Part shown: positions 40,380-49,627 of the stretch, in pieces
Layout of the letters: each line of letters opens with the position of its first letter
Position numbering within the stretch: position 1 is the stretch's first letter
Source: an uncultured Bacilli bacterium
GTDB taxonomy: Bacteria; Bacillota_I; Bacilli_A; RF39; UBA660
DNA length: 49,627 nt
Direction: 5' to 3'
Assembly (NCBI GenBank): GCA_944331935.1
Contig: CALVIV010000004.1
Span: 1-49,627 of the forward strand
The notes under the pieces: generated by a model
Seen by the model: only the letters and a program-made list of their open reading frames with translations
What the model was told of the DNA's origin: nothing
Database searches by the model: none
Position numbers and translations under genes: made by a program

Positions 40380-40446
40380 ATGTTAAGAAAAATATCTAAA
40401 AACTTATTCCCTCTATGGCAATACTAAGGTTTGTATTGCCTTTTTT
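40380..40446 (+). promoter_or_regulatory. 15-aa leader ORF with overlapping terminator upstream of RNase R
   Basis: RBS GGGAGG; MLRKISKNLFPLWQY* (40380-40427); GGCAATAC-N8-GTATTGCC-T6. Confidence 0.55.
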
Positions 40447-40459
40447 AATGGAGGAGTAT

Positions 40460-42961
40460 ATGAAAACAATATTTGATTATCAAAGAGAAATAATTAGTGA
40501 ATTAAAAGAAAATGAGTATTTAACTATTCATGAATTAAAAAAGAGAATAGAAATACCTTCATACCAAGAACGAAGTAATTTTCTAGAAGCCTTATATAAT
40601 CTAGAGTTAAAAGAAGGCATTTATAATATAAGGAAAGGTACATACACACTATTTCCTAAAGACTTATACAAAGTTGACTATGTAATTCCTATTTCCAAAG
40701 GATTATATTTAAAAAGATCTAAAGTAACAATAGATGAAACTCTTAATAAAGGAAAAATAATTTTGCCAGACGATATCGTTGTTGTAACCAATGAAGAAAA
40801 TCCTAAAATAAAAAGAATAATCGGAAGAAGTATGTATTTCTTTAAAAACTACTTATTGAAAGAATTAGGACAAAAGAATTTAACATATAAACAAATTAAA
40901 ACCCTTGCTATAGCAAGAAACAAACAAAAAATAACTGAACTAAAAGATTTACTACACAATCTTGAAAAAGAAGGTAAAATCTACTGTCAAGGCAAAACAT
41001 TTGAAAAGTGGCCAAATAACTTAGCTTTAACTAAATTAGAAACTGATAGTAATAATAAATTATATTTTGAGTTAGATAACAAAAGATACTACAAAGAGAA
41101 AGAAGAACTTAACAATGCTTTAGATGGAGATATTATCGCTGTATCAAGGAAAGGAAAACACATTGCAAAAATAATTGAAAGAACAAAAGAAGAATTAATA
41201 TTAGAAGTAGTTGAAATTGAAGGAGTAAAACAATTAGAACCAATACTTTTACCAGGTAAGGGCAAAATTAAAGTTAGAATAAGCTCTAATGACATGAAAC
41301 ATCTTAAAATCGGTGATAGAATAAAAGCTCGAATAAGTCTAGATAAAACAGATGGAGTCTATGAAGCAGATTATATAAATACAATAGGTAATATAAAAGA
41401 TAATGATATAGATTTAATATCTATCGCTGCAAAACATGGATTTAATATAGAGTTTAGTGACGAGGCTTTAAGAGAAGCTAGAAACATTCCTCAAACTGTA
41501 AATATAAATGACTACAAAGATAGATATGATTTTACTAAGAGATTTAAAACATTTACTATTGATTGTGATAATACAAAAGATATGGATGATGCAGTTAGTA
41601 TAATGAAAAATGAAAAAGGCAATTATATTTTAGCAGTGCATATTGCCCACGTATCTCATTATGTTAAAAGAGGTAGTGCTATTAATAAAGAAGCCTATGA
41701 AAGAGCCTTATCGGCATATCCTGCAAATTCAGTTATTCCAAACCTACCACCAGAATTATCAAATGGTATCTGTTCTTTAAATCCTAATGTTCTAAGACTA
41801 ACAAGAACATGTATTATGGAAATATCTAAAACTGGAGAACTACTAAACTATAAATTTGTAAATTCTATAATTGAATCTAAAAAGAAAATGTCTTACAGCG
41901 AAGTTAATAAAGTATTAGATGAAGGAATAGTAGATGATGAATACCTACCATTTTTAAATGATCTAACTACTTTTAAAGAACTATCAGATATTTTAACATT
42001 AAAAAGAAAAAGCGAAGGTATGTTAACATTTGTAGAACATGAAAATAATTTTATCGAAGATAAAGATGGCAATATTATTAGTATAGAAGAGAAAAATAAT
42101 GGTACAGCAGGTAAAATGATTGAAAATGCTATGATTTTATATAACTACTGTGAATCTTCATATTTAAACTTTATAATAGGTACATCTATTAATAGAGTCC
42201 ATGACTCACCAGATCAAGATAAATTAATGGATGCTTTTGATAAAATTCATAATCTTGGTTATAATTTACCAAAAATAGGTTCTATGACTACAGCACAATA
42301 TATTCAAACAATATTAAATATGTATCAAAATGAAAATGATTATCCTATTATTTCAGATATTATATTAAAAGCTTTACCAAGAGCCCATTACTCTATTTAT
42401 CCAACAGGGCACTTTGGTTTAGGATTAGATTTTTATACTCACTCTACTTCACCTATTAGAAGATATCCAGACCTTAAAGCTCAACAGATAATTGATTCAT
42501 ATGAACAAGGTAAATTATATGAAATAGAAGATAATAACACTCTAGAAGCAATATGTGAGCACTGTTCTATGAAAGAACAAGAAGCCGAGGCTTTAGAACG
42601 AGAAGTAGAACTAATAAAAATGTTAAAATATGTTGAAAGACATAAAGATAAAAATTATTATGGCATTATAACAGATATAGATAATGAAAGAGCATATCTA
42701 AAAACTATAACAAATATACCCGGTTATATAGAGTATCTTGACTTAGATGATATAAGATTTATAAAATCTAAACGATATTTAAAAGACGAAAATGATATGG
42801 TAGTATTAAAAATAGGAGATACAGTTAAAGTACAAACTCATAATACAAATCACAAAGAATTGTTAGTAAACTTTGACTTTATTAAAAATATTACTTTAGA
42901 ACAACAAAATAAAAAAGGAGCTACTGCTCTTAGAAAAAGTTATATAAAAAGACTATATTAA
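40460..42961 (+). CDS. RNase R/RNB-family exoribonuclease
   Basis: TIDCDNTKDMDDA, HFGLG..YTHSTSPIRRYPDL, C-terminal S1-like domain; ATG 40460 after GGAGGAG. Confidence 0.88.
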   Translation: MKTIFDYQREIISELKENEYLTIHELKKRIEIPSYQERSNFLEALYNLELKEGIYNIRKGTYTLFPKDLYKVDYVIPISKGLYLKRSKVTIDETLNKGKIILPDDIVVVTNEENPKIKRIIGRSMYFFKNYLLKELGQKNLTYKQIKTLAIARNKQKITELKDLLHNLEKEGKIYCQGKTFEKWPNNLALTKLETDSNNKLYFELDNKRYYKEKEELNNALDGDIIAVSRKGKHIAKIIERTKEELILEVVEIEGVKQLEPILLPGKGKIKVRISSNDMKHLKIGDRIKARISLDKTDGVYEADYINTIGNIKDNDIDLISIAAKHGFNIEFSDEALREARNIPQTVNINDYKDRYDFTKRFKTFTIDCDNTKDMDDAVSIMKNEKGNYILAVHIAHVSHYVKRGSAINKEAYERALSAYPANSVIPNLPPELSNGICSLNPNVLRLTRTCIMEISKTGELLNYKFVNSIIESKKKMSYSEVNKVLDEGIVDDEYLPFLNDLTTFKELSDILTLKRKSEGMLTFVEHENNFIEDKDGNIISIEEKNNGTAGKMIENAMILYNYCESSYLNFIIGTSINRVHDSPDQDKLMDAFDKIHNLGYNLPKIGSMTTAQYIQTILNMYQNENDYPIISDIILKALPRAHYSIYPTGHFGLGLDFYTHSTSPIRRYPDLKAQQIIDSYEQGKLYEIEDNNTLEAICEHCSMKEQEAEALEREVELIKMLKYVERHKDKNYYGIITDIDNERAYLKTITNIPGYIEYLDLDDIRFIKSKRYLKDENDMVVLKIGDTVKVQTHNTNHKELLVNFDFIKNITLEQQNKKGATALRKSYIKRLY

Positions 42962-42990
42962 AAACAGTGAAATATCCACTGTTTTCTTTT
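42962..42990. terminator. Bidirectional terminator
   Basis: AAAACAGTG-N7-CACTGTTTT. Confidence 0.7.
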
Positions 42991-43307
42991 TATCCATTCA
43001 AATCCATAAATTCTTGATTTAAAGTTTGATATTTATTAGATATTTTATTAGCATCACTTTTCTCTAATACATACCAACCCTTACGAAACATAAGTTCATA
43101 GACTTCTCTTTGTAATGAAGAATAAGCATCAAACATCTCTTTATATTCACTATATAATGTTTCATTAGATGCTTCTGTTAAGCTAACAGCATAGTTTTTA
43201 ACTAACTGTTTTAACGTACTAAGTAATGAAGAAATATAATCTTTATCATTTAGAGCCATTCCTTTAGGAGTCTCTACTTTAGGATTACAAATTTGATTAT
43301 TATTCAT
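42990..43307 (-). CDS. Coat F (CotF-like) spore coat domain protein
   Basis: LNDKD..LLSTLK..YAVSLTEASN..VYELMFRKGWY. Confidence 0.8.
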   Translation of the reverse strand: MNNNQICNPKVETPKGMALNDKDYISSLLSTLKQLVKNYAVSLTEASNETLYSEYKEMFDAYSSLQREVYELMFRKGWYVLEKSDANKISNKYQTLNQEFMDLNG

Positions 43308-43527
43308 TGTTACCTCCTTCATTTAAGATATTTAAGATTTTACTAATATTACCTTGAAATACATTGCTAGCCTTACTAAGCATATCTTTAATTTCACTAT
43401 CACTTACACTATTAATAGCATTACTAGTACTCTTATAAGCACCATAATTCCAATTAAACATATCACTTAGATAATCTAAATCTTTACAACTAATCATATT
43501 AGGTACTGCACTATAATTATTTTCCAT
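43300..43527 (-). CDS. Small spore-coat-associated protein
   Basis: ISCKDLDYLSDMFNWN motif; coupled to the CotF-like gene. Confidence 0.65.
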   Translation of the reverse strand: MENNYSAVPNMISCKDLDYLSDMFNWNYGAYKSTSNAINSVSDSEIKDMLSKASNVFQGNISKILNILNEGGNNE

Positions 43528-43587
43528 ATCTTTTCCTCCCAATATTAATATGAGTAAAAACAAAAAAACTATACATAAAGTATAATT

Positions 43588-43881
43588 TTATTTAATAGTC
43601 TTTAATCTATGTTTAATATCTAAAATTAAATCCATTGGAGCATTATCCATTTTATTTAAAACAAGTAAAGCATCTTGCAACTTAGTATTAACAGATACAT
43701 TATTTTTAATGTTCTCTACTTCTTCATCTAAATTAAAATTTTTACTAGGATTATCTTTCATATAATCCTTAATATAGTTCTTTATATCATTAAGAACATA
43801 TTCTTTTAACTTATATGAATCCATCTCCATAACTCCAAAATACCCACTAATCATATATCTATAAACATCTTCTATTGTCAT
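43588..43881 (-). CDS. Hypothetical protein
   Basis: 97-aa ORF with RBS at the end of the operon. Confidence 0.6.
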   Translation of the reverse strand: MTIEDVYRYMISGYFGVMEMDSYKLKEYVLNDIKNYIKDYMKDNPSKNFNLDEEVENIKNNVSVNTKLQDALLVLNKMDNAPMDLILDIKHRLKTIK

Positions 43882-43890
43882 AACATCCCT

Positions 43891-44391
43891 CTAATCATTA
43901 ACTTCAAGTTTCTCTAATAGTTTATTAATAACTTTATCTATCTCTTCATCTTTACCTTTAAGACCAATTAAAAGTTTATTAGTATTAGATGACTGAGGTA
44001 ACATAAACCCTGCCTCTCTAAATAAATCTTCAACCATTACTTTATTAGAATGAATTAAAGCCTTATATAAACGTTTTTCATCATCATCACTTGATTTACT
44101 AATAAGATACTTTAAAGTCTTAATTTGCTCTATCTTACTATCAGCAAGTTTAAATAATTCACTGATAACTCTTTTATCTTTTACTTTCTGCTTAGGATAA
44201 ACTCTAGGTAACATACTAATCGCTTTTGATGGACAAGCCGCTGCACATGCTCCACATCCAATACATTTATCAAAATCTATCTGCCCAGTCTCATTATCAG
44301 TCGCCCCAGTTGGACAGACAAAAAGACATAAACAATCTTTAGTACATATTTTTAAATCACGATAAGCATGTCTTTCACTTTTACTACTCAT
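43891..44391 (-). CDS. 4Fe-4S dicluster ferredoxin-domain protein
   Basis: CTKDCLCLFVCP and CIGCGACAAACP. Confidence 0.88.
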   Translation of the reverse strand: MSSKSERHAYRDLKICTKDCLCLFVCPTGATDNETGQIDFDKCIGCGACAAACPSKAISMLPRVYPKQKVKDKRVISELFKLADSKIEQIKTLKYLISKSSDDDEKRLYKALIHSNKVMVEDLFREAGFMLPQSSNTNKLLIGLKGKDEEIDKVINKLLEKLEVND

Positions 44392-44392
44392 A

Positions 44393-45043
44393 TTAGCACA
44401 CCTCCAATATCTTAAGACTAGGAACCTTACAGACAGGACAAACCTTAGGAGGATTATCTCCTATATAAACAAAACCACAAATATCACAAACCCATATCTT
44501 TGTATTTTTAATATAATCTATTCCCTTTTCTTTATAAGTATCAATTACTACTTTCATAATATTAGTACTCTTATTAGCCCAATTAACAACCCTTTTAGCA
44601 CCTCTATCATCATATTTAGAAAATACTTCCATTGCTTTACTAAAGCTATTAATATCACTATTTACCATATTAATAACATCATCTAAACTACCAGTTTTAT
44701 CTTCTTCTAAACCTTCATAATATTTAGATAATTCTCTAAACAAATCTTTCTCTTCTTCTAAATACTGTTTTTCACATCCTCTTGCCAAATTAGAAAAAAT
44801 TAAAGATATTTCATAATTAGATAATTCTCTTAAGTCATCATCTACTTCTTCTATAACCTCAGCTTTAGACACATCTTTTATTTCCTCTTTTTCTTCTTTA
44901 ACCTCTTCAAATAAACTCTTAGGCGCTCCGCACAATGGACATTTCCAATCATCTGGTAAATCAACAAATTTTACCTTTTCTTTCGCTTCATCATAAATAT
45001 AACCACAAATAGTACAACGATATTTTTTCATACTTCCCTCCAT
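44393..45043 (-). CDS. Protein with two rubredoxin-type domains (rubrerythrin-related)
   Basis: [18 protein letters not shown] and VCDICGF..CPVC. Confidence 0.85.
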   Translation of the reverse strand: MEGSMKKYRCTICGYIYDEAKEKVKFVDLPDDWKCPLCGAPKSLFEEVKEEKEEIKDVSKAEVIEEVDDDLRELSNYEISLIFSNLARGCEKQYLEEEKDLFRELSKYYEGLEEDKTGSLDDVINMVNSDINSFSKAMEVFSKYDDRGAKRVVNWANKSTNIMKVVIDTYKEKGIDYIKNTKIWVCDICGFVYIGDNPPKVCPVCKVPSLKILEVC

Positions 45044-45084
45044 AACTAAATCATATCAAACAAAAAAATTAAAGTCTATTAATT

Positions 45085-45693
45085 TTATAAATTATCTTTT
45101 ATACTAGGAAACAAATCATATAAATTAAATCCCAATAAATCATCAAAATATGCTTTTAGTTTATATGTCTCTTTCACATGATATTGAGTATTAGAATAAG
45201 CTCCCTTTCTTAAAATAAGATCTATGAGTCTTTTATCGACTGTAAATACTTTACCACCATGAGGACACATTAAATCACATAAATTTATTATTTTTTCTTC
45301 TAGTGTATATTCATGATTCTTTATAAAATCTGTTAAAAATGGATTATCATTAGGATCAGGAATACCACCGGCAGTACACTTAATATCATTATTCAAATAT
45401 GAATGAGTTAAGCAGACATTACAATAATCATCATCATAACCTTTTTCTTTTAAATATTTATATCCACTCATAGCATGGCCATGATCTTTACCATTATATT
45501 TACCAATATCATGAACATATCCAAGAGCACTAGCTTTATCAACATCAACATTATAGCCTTTTTCTTCTAAAGCCTTTGCAATAACACCTGCAGTATTACC
45601 AACACAAACAGAATGATCAATCCAATATGGATTACCTAACTCTCTCCTAAAATCTTCTACCATCCTTAAAGCCTCATTACTTGTTAACTTCAT
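45085..45693 (-). CDS. HD-domain phosphohydrolase
   Basis: WIDHS, VHDIGK, H..THS, LCD. Confidence 0.85.
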   Translation of the reverse strand: MKLTSNEALRMVEDFRRELGNPYWIDHSVCVGNTAGVIAKALEEKGYNVDVDKASALGYVHDIGKYNGKDHGHAMSGYKYLKEKGYDDDYCNVCLTHSYLNNDIKCTAGGIPDPNDNPFLTDFIKNHEYTLEEKIINLCDLMCPHGGKVFTVDKRLIDLILRKGAYSNTQYHVKETYKLKAYFDDLLGFNLYDLFPSIKDNL

Positions 45694-45701
45694 CTTTTAA
45701 A

Positions 45702-46517
45702 TCATTCCTCTCTTTTAACAAAACTATTAAACATTATATTACTAATCCTTTTACCATAAGAATAGACATAGTTGTCACTCATATAAAACTCATCTTTAAA
45801 ATCTTTTATTAAAATAACTAATACATAATCTCCATAAATAGTTGATACTATTCCCCCATCATTTCTTACACTTTTATATTTACCACTTTTTGTTGCTATA
45901 TATTTTATAACACTATTGTCTGTCAATTTATAAATATCATCAATGCCGTCTGCTACCATCTCATGATATTTTTGGTTTTTTAATATATTAATTATCTCTT
46001 TAGACATATTAGCATCATATAATTCTTTATTATTTATCTTCTTCCAAACATTTGCATAATCTTTAGCAGTTACAACAGAAAACATCTCGTCTTTACCTTG
46101 TTTAAAATTACTAAATAATTTTGTACTATCACACCCAAGTTCTTTAATCGCCCTATTTATATTTTCTATTCCTAAATAATCAATAAGCATATTCGTCGCC
46201 ACATTATCGCTAATAATCATCATTAAAGTAGCAACATCTAACACCTTTAATTCAACATCTTTAGATAAATATTGTAATACTCCGCTTCCATCTACATAAT
46301 GCTTTTCTTCACATTTTAACATATCATCTCTTGATTTAATTCCTTTATATAATTGATTAAACAACTCTATTAAAATAAATACTTTTATACAACTAGCACC
46401 ATTATATAACTCATTTTCATTAATTCTCAATGTATGCCCTTTTAAATCATCATAAAAAACTGCTATTTTACCATCAAAATTAATTATAGTATTATTTATA
46501 ATATTTTCTAAATCCAT
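45702..46517 (-). CDS. Class A beta-lactamase-like serine hydrolase
   Basis: ASCIK (SxxK), SDN, KSG. Confidence 0.85.
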   Translation of the reverse strand: MDLENIINNTIINFDGKIAVFYDDLKGHTLRINENELYNGASCIKVFILIELFNQLYKGIKSRDDMLKCEEKHYVDGSGVLQYLSKDVELKVLDVATLMMIISDNVATNMLIDYLGIENINRAIKELGCDSTKLFSNFKQGKDEMFSVVTAKDYANVWKKINNKELYDANMSKEIINILKNQKYHEMVADGIDDIYKLTDNSVIKYIATKSGKYKSVRNDGGIVSTIYGDYVLVILIKDFKDEFYMSDNYVYSYGKRISNIMFNSFVKREE

Positions 46518-46541
46518 ATATTTACCTCACATTTTTTAATA

Positions 46542-47966
46542 TTAACTATTTAACTTTTTAAATAAGTCTTTATAAACACTATTAACATCTATATAATTAA
46601 CTATAGTTATCAAATGTCTATCAGTTGTCTTTATATAAGAAGTATCATCATCTATCTCTGGACAACTCACTTCACTTACCTTAAACCAAGATTTATTTAT
46701 GAGGTAAGCAACTACACTTATATCCCAAATAACTCTACGTTCCGTTAGGCCATGATAGCCATCATTATAAAATCTCTTAATAAGATAGTTACACAACTCA
46801 TTCTTATCTTTTAAATAATGTTCTAATTCATAGATAGAAGTAACAAGGTTAGAAGCTACATTTTTACAAGGAATAACAATTAACTTAACTTTAGATTCAA
46901 ATACAGTCCTAACCGCTTCAATATCTTGCCTAAAATTATATTCTAAGTTATCTTCTTGTAAAAAACTATTACCACCTAACCATATTACTTCAATTTTATC
47001 TATAATTCTAGGATTATGTTTAATAGCAAGAGCAACATTAGTTAAAGCACCTGTTGCCATTATATAAGTTTTTTCATTATTTAAAGCTACCTCTATTATC
47101 TTTTTAACTGCATTATTTTCTTCATCATAACCATTACTAATATAATCAGTTGAACCCTTAAAAACTCTATTATCTGTAATAAAGTTCAACATATTAGAAA
47201 TATTAACTACTTCTTTATAACTAAAATCTTGACTTTTCTTTATAGTAACATTATTATCTTTATGAGAAAATGGTGCCACTGTAATAGCATTAATTCTAAA
47301 TCTATCCTGACACTTTAATAAATATGCTAAAGCAAATTGATCATCACATTCATTATAAGTATCTGTATCTAAAATAACATTTAATCTTGTATCTCTATAA
47401 CTAGAAATAAAATTATAAATATCTTTCCAACTGTAAACTCTAGTAATATTACTACTTCTATTACAAGGTTTATCCATTAAAAGAGAGACTATACCATTAT
47501 CAAGACAAGACTTACACATACTAACAGAGTCATCAATCATAATATCTATATTATTTTCTAAACAAGCTCTAGCTTTAGACTTCTTATCTTTACCATTAGT
47601 AAATATAAGTTCATCATAGTAAATATTATTTTTATTTAACCATTCTTTAGTCATCTCAAAAGGATTAGAATATTCTCCATTATCTCTACCAGTTATAATA
47701 TAAATGAGATGTCCATCACTTTTAAGTTTATCTATATATTCTTTAGAACCATCAATTAAAGATAAACTCTTAGCAATTCTTTCTACATTAGGATAATAAA
47801 AGTCACGGATCTCTTCTTTACTCCAATCAAACATACCACTAGTTATATAAAGATTATCATCTACAATACCTGTATTTCTTAATAATTTATCATGTTCTAA
47901 AAACGCATTTTTTAAAACTTCATCAAAATTAGAAATTACATTATCTATATCAATACCTATTCTCAT
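46542..47966 (-). CDS. Fusion of a 5'(3')-deoxyribonucleotidase-like HAD domain and a nucleoside hydrolase
   Basis: IGIDIDNV..ITGR..MIDD followed by ILDTDTYNECDDQFA..GALTNVA..EYN..WD. Confidence 0.85.
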   Translation of the reverse strand: MRIGIDIDNVISNFDEVLKNAFLEHDKLLRNTGIVDDNLYITSGMFDWSKEEIRDFYYPNVERIAKSLSLIDGSKEYIDKLKSDGHLIYIITGRDNGEYSNPFEMTKEWLNKNNIYYDELIFTNGKDKKSKARACLENNIDIMIDDSVSMCKSCLDNGIVSLLMDKPCNRSSNITRVYSWKDIYNFISSYRDTRLNVILDTDTYNECDDQFALAYLLKCQDRFRINAITVAPFSHKDNNVTIKKSQDFSYKEVVNISNMLNFITDNRVFKGSTDYISNGYDEENNAVKKIIEVALNNEKTYIMATGALTNVALAIKHNPRIIDKIEVIWLGGNSFLQEDNLEYNFRQDIEAVRTVFESKVKLIVIPCKNVASNLVTSIYELEHYLKDKNELCNYLIKRFYNDGYHGLTERRVIWDISVVAYLINKSWFKVSEVSCPEIDDDTSYIKTTDRHLITIVNYIDVNSVYKDLFKKLNS

Positions 47967-48099
47967 ACATAAAACTCCTTATATAAAGGATACTATTTGC
48001 AATGAAAAAAAACAATATTAAAATTTTATTTATACACTATAAAAATACACAACATTTCAAAAATATTGTACATTTTTCTATAAGAAACTACTTTTATCA

Positions 48100-48654
48100 T
48101 CACCAACTTCTTTCCCCATTAAATGTTAAATTTTTCTTCAACATTAATCTTTTAGCCTCTTCATCTTCTCTAGTTGGTATCGTCATATAATCACTATATT
48201 TCTTTCTAAATTCTGCAATTTGCATTTCATCACATGGCTCATAATATAAAAAATCAATTATTTTATTTAAATCAATAAATCTTCTAGGTAACCTGTATTC
48301 TATTCTATAATCATCATAATTACCCACACCAATATATTTATTTAAAATCTCTTCAGTAATATCACATACCATTATATAATTCTTTTTCTTAGAATTATTA
48401 CAAAATTCCATTGCAGTCTTTAAATATCTAGCTAAAAAAACATATTGTTGTTTATAAACATCTTCAGCAATATATTTTTTAAACTCTTCTATTGGAGCAC
48501 TATATAATTCTCTAGGTACATAATCAAAAGTGTTTTTTCTAGAAGCATGAGCTTTTTGATATGGAACTCTATCATAAATAACAGGCTCTTCTTTCTCAAA
48601 TTTTCTTACTTGTTCAATTGTTAAACCACCATTAAAAACTATCATATAAATCAC
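48100..48654 (-). CDS. Hypothetical protein
   Basis: 184-aa ORF; no recognised motif. Confidence 0.6.
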   Translation of the reverse strand: MIYMIVFNGGLTIEQVRKFEKEEPVIYDRVPYQKAHASRKNTFDYVPRELYSAPIEEFKKYIAEDVYKQQYVFLARYLKTAMEFCNNSKKKNYIMVCDITEEILNKYIGVGNYDDYRIEYRLPRRFIDLNKIIDFLYYEPCDEMQIAEFRKKYSDYMTIPTREDEEAKRLMLKKNLTFNGERSW

Positions 48655-48696
48655 CGTTTAAATACATTTAATATTTAATTAAATTTGAGTATATTA

Positions 48697-48750
48697 AAAC
48701 CCTTACGAAACATAAGGGGTTAATTACTAATTGGTGCTGTTGAGGAAGTT
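48697..48750 (-). other. Possible tRNA 3'-end remnant (att-like scar) followed by a hairpin
   Basis: Minus strand ...TTCCT CAACAGC A CCA, then an AAACCCCTTA...TAAGGGTTTT stem. Confidence 0.35.
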
Positions 48751-48856
48751 ATCTACAACTTTTACCAATAATAATTGACATTTGAATCAATCTCTAAATA
48801 TATTATAACATCATTTTAGTAATTTTAAACATTTATTATTAAATTAAAACCTTTTT

Positions 48857-49594
48857 CTATCTACGTATTCCAGATGGTGATTGTATTGGAAGATCCATAT
48901 CATTTGCACGAGTTCCATCTCTTTTCTGATTATCATACATAGATCCTGGCTCATTATACATTTCTGAAAACATTTCTCTTAACTCTTGCATAGAATTTTT
49001 TTTGTGGTTCCGAATTGCCTCTTTTTGTGAAAGTAATGATAATTCTTTTAAAACATCTGAATTAAAACAAATATTATTTGAATCAATATGAGTTTGTGAA
49101 ACAAATTGTTTTAAGTTAGTTACAATTCTACTATTAAAAGATGAATCAACTTGAGGTAAAACCGCTAATAAATGTCCCATTCTAAAAACATAATTATAAT
49201 GATCTGACATAATTTGCATATAATCTTTGTTGCTATCATCTTTTAAAGACGAATTAAAGTATTCATTCAATGGAATATTTTTTCCTTCGTGACTAACAGT
49301 ATAACTTGGATTTTCTTTAATCCAATCTAATACACTTTTTTCAAATGCTTTTATACAATTATTACACATTATACCAGTATAGCTATCTTGTCCTTGTAAT
49401 AATTTATTCTCACTTGCATAACCAACCCAATTATTTATATTTCCAGTCAAAATGTGTGGAGTACCAATTTTAGATATTATTTCAGGAATATTTTTTTCAA
49501 TTTGTGATAATACAGATAAAGTATTATCTAATTGCTCGGTAGAAGAATATATGGTGCTAGTATAGATATTGGGACACAAAATTTTACACATCAT
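48857..49594 (-). CDS. Hypothetical protein (start uncertain near the window edge)
   Basis: 245-aa ORF; no recognised motif. Confidence 0.55.
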   Translation of the reverse strand: MMCKILCPNIYTSTIYSSTEQLDNTLSVLSQIEKNIPEIISKIGTPHILTGNINNWVGYASENKLLQGQDSYTGIMCNNCIKAFEKSVLDWIKENPSYTVSHEGKNIPLNEYFNSSLKDDSNKDYMQIMSDHYNYVFRMGHLLAVLPQVDSSFNSRIVTNLKQFVSQTHIDSNNICFNSDVLKELSLLSQKEAIRNHKKNSMQELREMFSEMYNEPGSMYDNQKRDGTRANDMDLPIQSPSGIRR

Positions 49595-49627
49595 GATATA
49601 ATATATATCACTTGTGAAAGGAGTTGT

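Noticed and set aside
45702-46517. Functional beta-lactam resistance gene
   Set aside because: No signal peptide and no clear Glu166 omega-loop motif; only the fold-level call is supported.
10176-48190. Short overlapping ORFs at 10176, 15782, 17680, 18161, 28425, 35113, 41089 and 48002
   Set aside because: Alternate-frame or antisense to stronger genes, with composition typical of shadow ORFs.

Overview
Low-GC (roughly 25%) chromosomal region. Gene content (CIRCE-controlled ClpB lacking its N-domain, sortase, cdaA/cdaR, CotF-like and YdcC-like proteins) suggests an uncultured gut Bacilli/RF39-like lineage; this is inference. Housekeeping genes (fhs, tmk, clpB, corA-like, ctpA-like, cdaA/cdaR, RNase R, tRNA-Thr) are interspersed with mobile DNA. 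The main result is the locus at about 21.2-27.4 kb. A secreted 611-aa gene carries two GC-rich 107-bp variable repeats with the NNC/NNT codon pattern typical of diversity-generating retroelement (DGR) targets. It is followed by a perfect 18-bp hairpin and a truncated AAC-rich template-repeat fragment, which ends at a RIT-like tyrosine-recombinase end. That element is in turn cut by a probable IS1595-like end and by an IS21 with no target-site duplication. No reverse transcriptase or Avd is present in the window. Other points of interest: an AT-rich paralog of the target behind a G10 tract; an IS110 with a structured upstream non-coding region; an Rpn-family gene with an A-tract frameshift and duplicated C-terminal module; an RloA/RloB pair with one amber stop; and an unexplained 100-bp four-box palindromic element present twice. 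All calls come from reading motifs by eye; no database searches were run.
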